Assembly (NCBI GenBank): GCA_964347475.1
Contig: CAYFYY010000007.1
Span: forward strand, 1,261-65,260
DNA length: 64,000 bases
Direction of reading: 5' to 3'
From: an uncultured Flavobacteriales bacterium
GTDB taxonomy: Bacteria > Pseudomonadota > Alphaproteobacteria > UBA8366 > JADFVY01
Position 1 is the stretch's first letter. Each line of letters starts with the position of its first letter. Under the pieces are notes generated by a model. The model saw nothing but the letters and a program-made list of their open reading frames with translations. It did no database searches and had not been told where the DNA came from. This document shows, in pieces, positions 58,511 through 64,000 of the stretch. The translations under genes and the position numbers were made by a program.

Positions 58511-59689
58511 ATGATCAGAGGCGATATCGGGGCATTCATCGCCCATTGCGACACGGTGATCGCGGGTGCGAAGGATGCCTTGTTGAGCGGCCTGGACTTC
58601 GCGGTCAAGGACATCATCGACATTGCGGGCTGCCGCACCGGCTGCGGCAATCCCGACTGGCTTCGGAGCCACGGCCCGGCGGCCCGCTCGGCACCGGTCG
58701 TGCAGCGGCTGGTCGATGCAGGGGCGACGATGATCGGCAAAACCGTGACCGACGAGATGGCGTATTCGCTCATCGGCGAGAACGCGCATTACGGAACGCC
58801 GGTGAACGTCAATGCACCGGGCCGGGTGGCCGGCGGCTCGTCGAGTGGTTCCGCCGCAGCGGTCGCCGCCGGCGAAGCGCATTTCGCGCTCGGCTCCGAT
58901 ACCGGCGGCTCGGTGCGCATCCCGGCCAGCTTCTGCGGCATCTACGGCTTGCGCCCGACGCACGGGCGTATCCCGCTCGAAGGCATCATGCCGCTGGCCG
59001 AGAGCTACGATACGATCGGCTGGTTCGCCCGCGACCCGGCCGTCATGTCCGGCGTCGCCCACGTGCTGTTCGACGATTGGCACGAGCCCGAAATCCTCAC
59101 CCGGCTCTACGTGCCCGAGGATCTCTGGGCGCTGGCCGACGCCGCCGTCCAGGCGGCGCTGGGCTGCGCGCTCGACCGGCTGGAGGAGCTGGTTGGGCCG
59201 CAGCAGGGCATACTGATCGGTGAGGATTTCGGCCCCGAACCGCTGGTCTCAGCCTACATGGTACTGCAGGGGCGGGAGGCGTGGCACACGCACCGGGGCT
59301 GGATCGAGGCCGAGAATCCCGCGTTCGGGCCGGGAATTGCCGAGCGGTTCCGCATGATCTCCGCCATCGCCGATGACGAGGTTGCGCGCTGGAGCGGCTG
59401 GCGCAGCGATTTTGCCGACCGGCTCTGCGGGATCCTCACCGAAGGTGCCGTGATGGCTTTGCCGACGGCGCCGTGCATCGCTCCCCTGGTCGGCGAGCCG
59501 CAGGACCGGCTGGCCGATGTGCGCAGGCGCATCCTGATGATGACCGGCGCCGCCGGCCATGCCGGCCTGCCGGAGATCAGCATCCCGTTCGCCACGGTCG
59601 AGGGCTGTCCGGTCGGTTTCTCGATCGTCGGCCGGCGCGGCGGTGACGAGGTTCTGCTCGACCTCGCCCGGCGCATGGGGCGCGGCTGA
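58511..59689 (+). CDS. Amidase signature family enzyme
   Basis: AVKD, GKTVTDE, GGSSSGSAAAV, GSDTGGSVRIPAS. Confidence 0.92.
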   Translation: MIRGDIGAFIAHCDTVIAGAKDALLSGLDFAVKDIIDIAGCRTGCGNPDWLRSHGPAARSAPVVQRLVDAGATMIGKTVTDEMAYSLIGENAHYGTPVNVNAPGRVAGGSSSGSAAAVAAGEAHFALGSDTGGSVRIPASFCGIYGLRPTHGRIPLEGIMPLAESYDTIGWFARDPAVMSGVAHVLFDDWHEPEILTRLYVPEDLWALADAAVQAALGCALDRLEELVGPQQGILIGEDFGPEPLVSAYMVLQGREAWHTHRGWIEAENPAFGPGIAERFRMISAIADDEVARWSGWRSDFADRLCGILTEGAVMALPTAPCIAPLVGEPQDRLADVRRRILMMTGAAGHAGLPEISIPFATVEGCPVGFSIVGRRGGDEVLLDLARRMGRG

Positions 59690-59766
59690 CCCGATTTAGC
59701 ACTTGGTAAGAATTGTCGCCGTATCATCGGATAGACGGCCGTCCGGTATGCCCAAGGCCAGGAGCC

Positions 59767-60204
59767 ATGGACAAGCAGCGCATCCTGAATACGAGCTTCG
59801 CGGCGGCAGCTGCGGTGAACGGTGTGTCCCTCGTCACCGTGATCGTCGTGGTATGGCTGCTCGGTGCGCTGCCGGTGACCTATGGCGGCTTCGTCGAGAA
59901 GTTCGCATTCGCCGTTTCAGGCGGCGCGATGGCGTTCGGCCTTCGGCAGCTGGTGCGCAAGGTCCTCGTCCCGCGCATGTTCGAGCCGGGGCCGGTCGAC
60001 CCCGAGTTGCTTGCCGAGTTCAGGGACCACCGGTCCGTCGTCGTGTTTGTCTGGTGGGGCGGGATCATTCTCGGCCTCTTGTGCCTGACGTTCCCGCTGG
60101 AGCTGATCCGCGAGGGCGCGGCGTTTGCCTTGGCCGCCTCGCTGATCGTGCTGAGCCGCGAGAAGATCCTGGTCGAGTACTACCTGCTGAAGACCGAGGA
60201 ATAG
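59767..60204 (+). CDS. Hypothetical membrane protein (about 4 TM)
   Basis: AGGAG RBS; hydrophobic segments. Confidence 0.65.
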   Translation: MDKQRILNTSFAAAAAVNGVSLVTVIVVVWLLGALPVTYGGFVEKFAFAVSGGAMAFGLRQLVRKVLVPRMFEPGPVDPELLAEFRDHRSVVVFVWWGGIILGLLCLTFPLELIREGAAFALAASLIVLSREKILVEYYLLKTEE

Positions 60205-60429
60205 TACGCGGCGCGGCGGTGTAGAGCCTCGGTAAAGACCGGACTGCCGCGGCTGGGGTTGACCCACACCGGGCCGGATTTGCTATACACTCGCTGTCTC
60301 GTCCCGGTTAGAGCCGGCAATGCGTCGAAACCATGGGTGATATCGCCGTCGGGCGTGCCGGCAAGCAGTGCCGGGCCGGCGCCCCTGGTATCCGGAACGA
60401 CAATGACAGTGCCTAGCAGGAGTCCAGCA

Positions 60430-60972
60430 ATGCCCCATTATCCTAGGAAGCAAAAGATCCTGACCATTGCGGTCATTGCCGCACTCATGGGCATGGCGGC
60501 AGTCTCCGAGCCCGCATCGGCCAACCACGTCGCCGGCGACGGGATGAAGCCCGACCACGGGGCGCGCCTCGTCATACCTCTGATGAGCCCCGAACGCGGC
60601 AAGCGGTTGTTCGTCGAAAAGGGCTGCGTGGCGTGCCATGCCATCAACGGCGTCGGCGGCCACGACGCGCCGGCCATGGATGCGCATCGCAACATGGGGC
60701 TGGTAAACCCCTTCGACTTCGCGGCCAAGATGTGGAACCACGCCCCCGGCATGATCGCGGCACAGCAGGAGGCGTTCGGCGATCAAATCTACTTCACCGG
60801 CGAAGAGTTGGCCGACATTATCGCATTCCTGCACAACGACGAGGCGCAGCACAGCTTCAGCGAGGCGAACCTGACGCCGAAGGCCAGGAAGATGATGCAC
60901 CACGAACACGGTGGCAAGCCGGCGCCCGACGCCCATGCCGACGAAGTGGGCCACGGCCACGATCACCAGTAG
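60430..60972 (+). CDS. Exported mono-haem c-type cytochrome
   Basis: Signal peptide; G.RLF..KGCVACH; MWNHAPGM; His-rich tail. Confidence 0.88.
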   Translation: MPHYPRKQKILTIAVIAALMGMAAVSEPASANHVAGDGMKPDHGARLVIPLMSPERGKRLFVEKGCVACHAINGVGGHDAPAMDAHRNMGLVNPFDFAAKMWNHAPGMIAAQQEAFGDQIYFTGEELADIIAFLHNDEAQHSFSEANLTPKARKMMHHEHGGKPAPDAHADEVGHGHDHQ

Positions 60973-61110
60973 GGGTTCGGTCGCGGCGACACGCCGGACG
61001 CGCCCGATCGGGGGCCGGCCAGCCCCCGTGGCGGCCGCCCATCGGCGGGCTGATCTTTCTCTTCGGCACGGCGGCACAGGGTGGCCGGCGCGGCTGATTC
61101 AGGACGGCGC

Positions 61111-61124
61111 TTGATCCTGATCAA
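61111..61124. promoter_or_regulatory. FNR/FixK box
   Basis: Perfect TTGAT-CCTG-ATCAA, 63 bp upstream of the ATG at 61188. Confidence 0.85.
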
Positions 61125-61187
61125 CGCATTCGCGGCCGATTTCTGGCAGGCTTCGCTTGCGTACGGCTTCCACGTGCGGAGGATGCC

Positions 61188-61760
61188 ATGTTCGCGATTC
61201 CGGTACAGGTCACGTTCAGGAATATGGACTCGTCCGAGGCCGTCGAGGCGAACGTGCGGGAGAAGGCGGAGAAGCTGGAGCGGTTCTCCGACCATCTGAT
61301 GAGCTGTCGGATCGTCATCGAGGCGCCGCACCGGCATCATCACCGCGGCAAGCTCTACCACGTCCGCATCGATCTCGGCGTCGTCGGCGGTGAGCTGGTC
61401 GTGGCCCATGAAAGGCCGCTGGACCACGCTCACGAGGACGTGTACGTGGCGATCCGCGATGCCTTCAACGCCGCAACCCGCCGGCTCGAGGACTTCGAGC
61501 GCAAGCGCCGCGGCAGGATCAAGGCGCACGAGGTGCCCGTGCACGGCACGATCGCCGGCCTGTCGCACGATCACGGGTTTATCGCGACCAGCGACGGCCG
61601 CGAGGTCTACTTTCACAGGAACAGCGTCGTCGACGGCGATTTCGAGGCCCTCGAGGCGGGGGACGAGGTCCGCCTCGTCATCCACCCGGGCGAGGGCGAG
61701 AAAGGCCCGCAGGCGAGTACCGTGGTCCCTGTCGGCAAGCATCATCTCGTGTCGCGTTAA
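61188..61760 (+). CDS. HPF/RaiA ribosome-associated protein fused to a cold-shock domain
   Basis: QVTFRNMD.SEAVE..VREK, HEDVYVAIRDAF; CSD HGFI...DGREVYFHRNSV, GPQAS. Confidence 0.92.
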   Translation: MFAIPVQVTFRNMDSSEAVEANVREKAEKLERFSDHLMSCRIVIEAPHRHHHRGKLYHVRIDLGVVGGELVVAHERPLDHAHEDVYVAIRDAFNAATRRLEDFERKRRGRIKAHEVPVHGTIAGLSHDHGFIATSDGREVYFHRNSVVDGDFEALEAGDEVRLVIHPGEGEKGPQASTVVPVGKHHLVSR

Positions 61761-62016
61761 GGCATCGGCCGCCGCCGACATGCGGGCCCGTGCGCCGTCT
61801 GCCCGCTTGCGGCCCGGGACGGCGCGCGACGGCCCGATGACAAGACACGGATCTCGACCCGCCTTTTGCGAATTACACGAAAACCAGAGACGTGCCGGCC
61901 GGTGGCAGCGACCCGTAAAACAAGATTGCATGCGAAATGATTTGTACCCGCGACAGGCCCGGATCAGTTACAAGCGTGTCTGCAGGACGGAACGTGCTCG
62001 GCAGGACTTGGCGCCA

Positions 62017-63039
62017 ATGGAAACCGTGACACTCACGCTCAACGAAATGTATGGCCTCGCGCTGCGCATCCTGGTGCGCAGCGGCACCAGCGACCGGAAC
62101 GCGGGCCACGTCGCGACCGCGCTGTCCGTCGCCGAGGCCGACGGGCTGTCTGGTCACGGCCTGTCTCGTCTGCCCAGCTATGCGGCGCAGGTGCGCACCG
62201 GCAAGGTGAACGGTGCGGCCGTTCCGGTGGTTACCGAGCAACCCAACAAGGCGGTCGTTCGCGTCAACGCCAAGGATGGATTCGCCTTTCCGGCGATCTC
62301 CGAGGCGATCGACCGGATGACGCCACTGGCGCGACGGCACGGCATCGCCGCCGCCGCGATCGGCCATTCGCACCATTGCGGTGCGCTCGGCTACCACGTC
62401 GAGCGGCTGGCGGAGCGCGGTCTCGTATGCATCATGTTCGCCAACAGTCCTGCGGCGATCGCGCCTTGGGGCGGCAGCAAGGCTCTCTTCGGCACCAACC
62501 CCATCGCCTTCGCGGCGCCGCGCAACACCGGAACCCCGTTGGTGATCGACCTGTCGCTCAGCAAGGTGGCCCGCGGCAAGATCATGGTGGCCGCACAGAA
62601 GGGCGAGCCAATCCCCGAGGGCTGGGCGGTCGATAGCGCCGGCCGGCCCACCACCGACGCCAAGGCGGCGATGGCCGGCACGATGCTGCCGATGGGCGAC
62701 GCCAAGGGATCGGCGCTGGTGCTGATGGTGGAAATTCTGGCAGCGACGCTGACCGGCGCGAACTACGGATATGAGGCAAGCTCGTTCTTCGATGCGGAGG
62801 GCGCGCCGCCGCGGGTCGGCCAGACGATGATCGCCGTCGACCCCGACGCCACGGTCGACATTTTCACCGGCAATGCCTTCGCGCCGCGGCTGGAGGCCAT
62901 GATCGCGCAGATCCGCCAACAGCCGGGCACCCACGTCCCGGGGGCCAACCGCGAGGCGCGGCGCCGCGAGGCCCGTTATACGGGCGTGTCGATCCCCGCC
63001 GAACTGCACCGGCAGTTGACCGTCCTGGCGGGAGGTTGA
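62017..63039 (+). CDS. Ldh_2 family oxidoreductase, probably (2R)-3-sulfolactate dehydrogenase ComC-like
   Basis: GHGLSRL, SHHCGALG, APWGG...FGTNPIAF, DLSLS.VARGK, KGSAL. Confidence 0.85.
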   Translation: METVTLTLNEMYGLALRILVRSGTSDRNAGHVATALSVAEADGLSGHGLSRLPSYAAQVRTGKVNGAAVPVVTEQPNKAVVRVNAKDGFAFPAISEAIDRMTPLARRHGIAAAAIGHSHHCGALGYHVERLAERGLVCIMFANSPAAIAPWGGSKALFGTNPIAFAAPRNTGTPLVIDLSLSKVARGKIMVAAQKGEPIPEGWAVDSAGRPTTDAKAAMAGTMLPMGDAKGSALVLMVEILAATLTGANYGYEASSFFDAEGAPPRVGQTMIAVDPDATVDIFTGNAFAPRLEAMIAQIRQQPGTHVPGANREARRREARYTGVSIPAELHRQLTVLAGG

Positions 63040-63112
63040 TCCGCGGACTCGAATTGATGGTTCCGGTGCCGTTCCGAGGCCGTATAATGATTGACGCGAT
63101 TTCTGTGCCGAG

Positions 63113-63583
63113 GTGATCGGCGTGACCGACGAATCTGGCCTGACCATCCGCCCCGCGCGCGTCGGGGAGGCGGCTGCCATCCGTGACCTCGTGCGGCGGG
63201 CATACGCTGTGTACGTTCCGCGTATGGGGCGCGAGCCCGGCCCGATGCTGGACGATTACGAAAAGCGGATCGCGAACCGCTCCGCATTCGTTGTCGAGGT
63301 TGCGGATCGGATCGCCGGGGTCGTCGTGCTGCTGTCCGAGAGCGACCATCTGCTCCTGGACAACGTCGCGGTGGATACGGACGTGCAGGGCCGCGGCATC
63401 GGCAGGTTTCTCGTCGCGTTCGCCGAAGCGGAGGCGGTGCGGCGCGGCTATGGCGAAATACGCCTTTATACCCATGAAACCATGGTCGAAAACGTACGTA
63501 TGTACGCGGCAATGGGGTATGAGGAGACGGGCCGCGGCAGACAGGCCGGCTACGACCGGGTTTTCATGAGGAAACGGCTGTGA
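63113..63583 (+). CDS. GNAT acetyltransferase
   Basis: LLDNVAV...QGRGIGR.L, LYTHE.M.EN..MY...GY; start may be GTG 63122. Confidence 0.88.
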   Translation: MIGVTDESGLTIRPARVGEAAAIRDLVRRAYAVYVPRMGREPGPMLDDYEKRIANRSAFVVEVADRIAGVVVLLSESDHLLLDNVAVDTDVQGRGIGRFLVAFAEAEAVRRGYGEIRLYTHETMVENVRMYAAMGYEETGRGRQAGYDRVFMRKRL

Positions 63584-63716
63584 CTCTCTCGCAAGATTTG
63601 CGCTAACATGGCGGTTCTCTCCGTGTGAACGGGTTCGGGTATGGCGAGTTTCGGCCCGAGCGCGGCGATGCGGAGCCGGATCAGCGCACGGATGTCGGAC
63701 AGGGGGAGCGACGCGG

Positions 63717-64000
63717 ATGAAGCCCAAGGAATACTACGAGGAGATGTTCAAGGCCCATCAACTCGAGCTGGCGGCCCAGCTTGCGCGCCTGCGCGCGAAG
63801 CGCTGGGAGATCCAGAAGGACGCCGAGCGCGAGTTCGACGAGCAGGTCGACAGGCTGCGCCAGATGGCCGAGGACGCAGAGCAGCGGACCCGGAAGTTCT
63901 TCGATGCGGGCCAGGAGTCGTGGCGGGACATGGAAGAAAACATCTCGTCCGCATACGAGTCGGTCGTATCCGCCACCGAACGCGCCCTCGCGCGGTTCTC
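63717..64000 (+). CDS. Coiled-coil hypothetical protein (partial, runs off the window)
   Basis: Absent from the ORF track. GGGGGAG RBS; MKPKEYYEEMFKAHQLELAAQLARLRAK...QESWRDMEENISSAYESV; open to the end. Confidence 0.75.
   Translation, partial: MKPKEYYEEMFKAHQLELAAQLARLRAKRWEIQKDAEREFDEQVDRLRQMAEDAEQRTRKFFDAGQESWRDMEENISSAYESVVSATERALARF

Noticed and set aside
1-64000. tRNA, rRNA or prophage genes
   Set aside because: GGTTCGA-like matches fall inside CDSs without a cloverleaf context; no phage hallmark genes were seen.

Overview
A GC-rich (roughly two-thirds GC by eye) chromosomal segment, most likely alphaproteobacterial, with about 65 supportable protein genes. I found no rRNA, tRNA, CRISPR array, integrase or transposase. 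Main blocks: (1) 1-10.8 kb, a LacI-controlled catabolic operon (Liv-type ABC transporter, beta-hydroxyacid dehydrogenase, GST, DHPON-hydrolase-like alpha/beta hydrolase, non-canonical M24 enzyme, RidA); (2) 13.5-19.8 kb, a PQQ module (binding protein, YVTN propeller, quinoprotein dehydrogenase with a lanthanide-type D-x-D motif, di-haem cytochrome c4, soluble aldose dehydrogenase); (3) scattered sulfur genes: DUF2849-sulfite reductase-DUF934, DsrE2-TusA-FadL-like, GntR-suyAB, a D-cysteine-desulfhydrase-family enzyme, three TauE genes and a ComC-like dehydrogenase; (4) 48.7-53.1 kb, a tandem array of three unrecognised paralogous multi-pass membrane proteins. They share a 4-Cys C-terminal domain ending in PGGYC..G.LA..(Y/F)QG, sit between two TauE paralogues and lie opposite a Crp/Fnr regulator; this is the best candidate for an undescribed system. 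Also seen: a probable pseudo-enzyme MsrA (GRFWC), a perfect FNR box before an HPF-CSD gene, two families of palindromic intergenic repeats and two homopolymer frameshifts. All product calls rest on motif recognition from memory; no database search was run.
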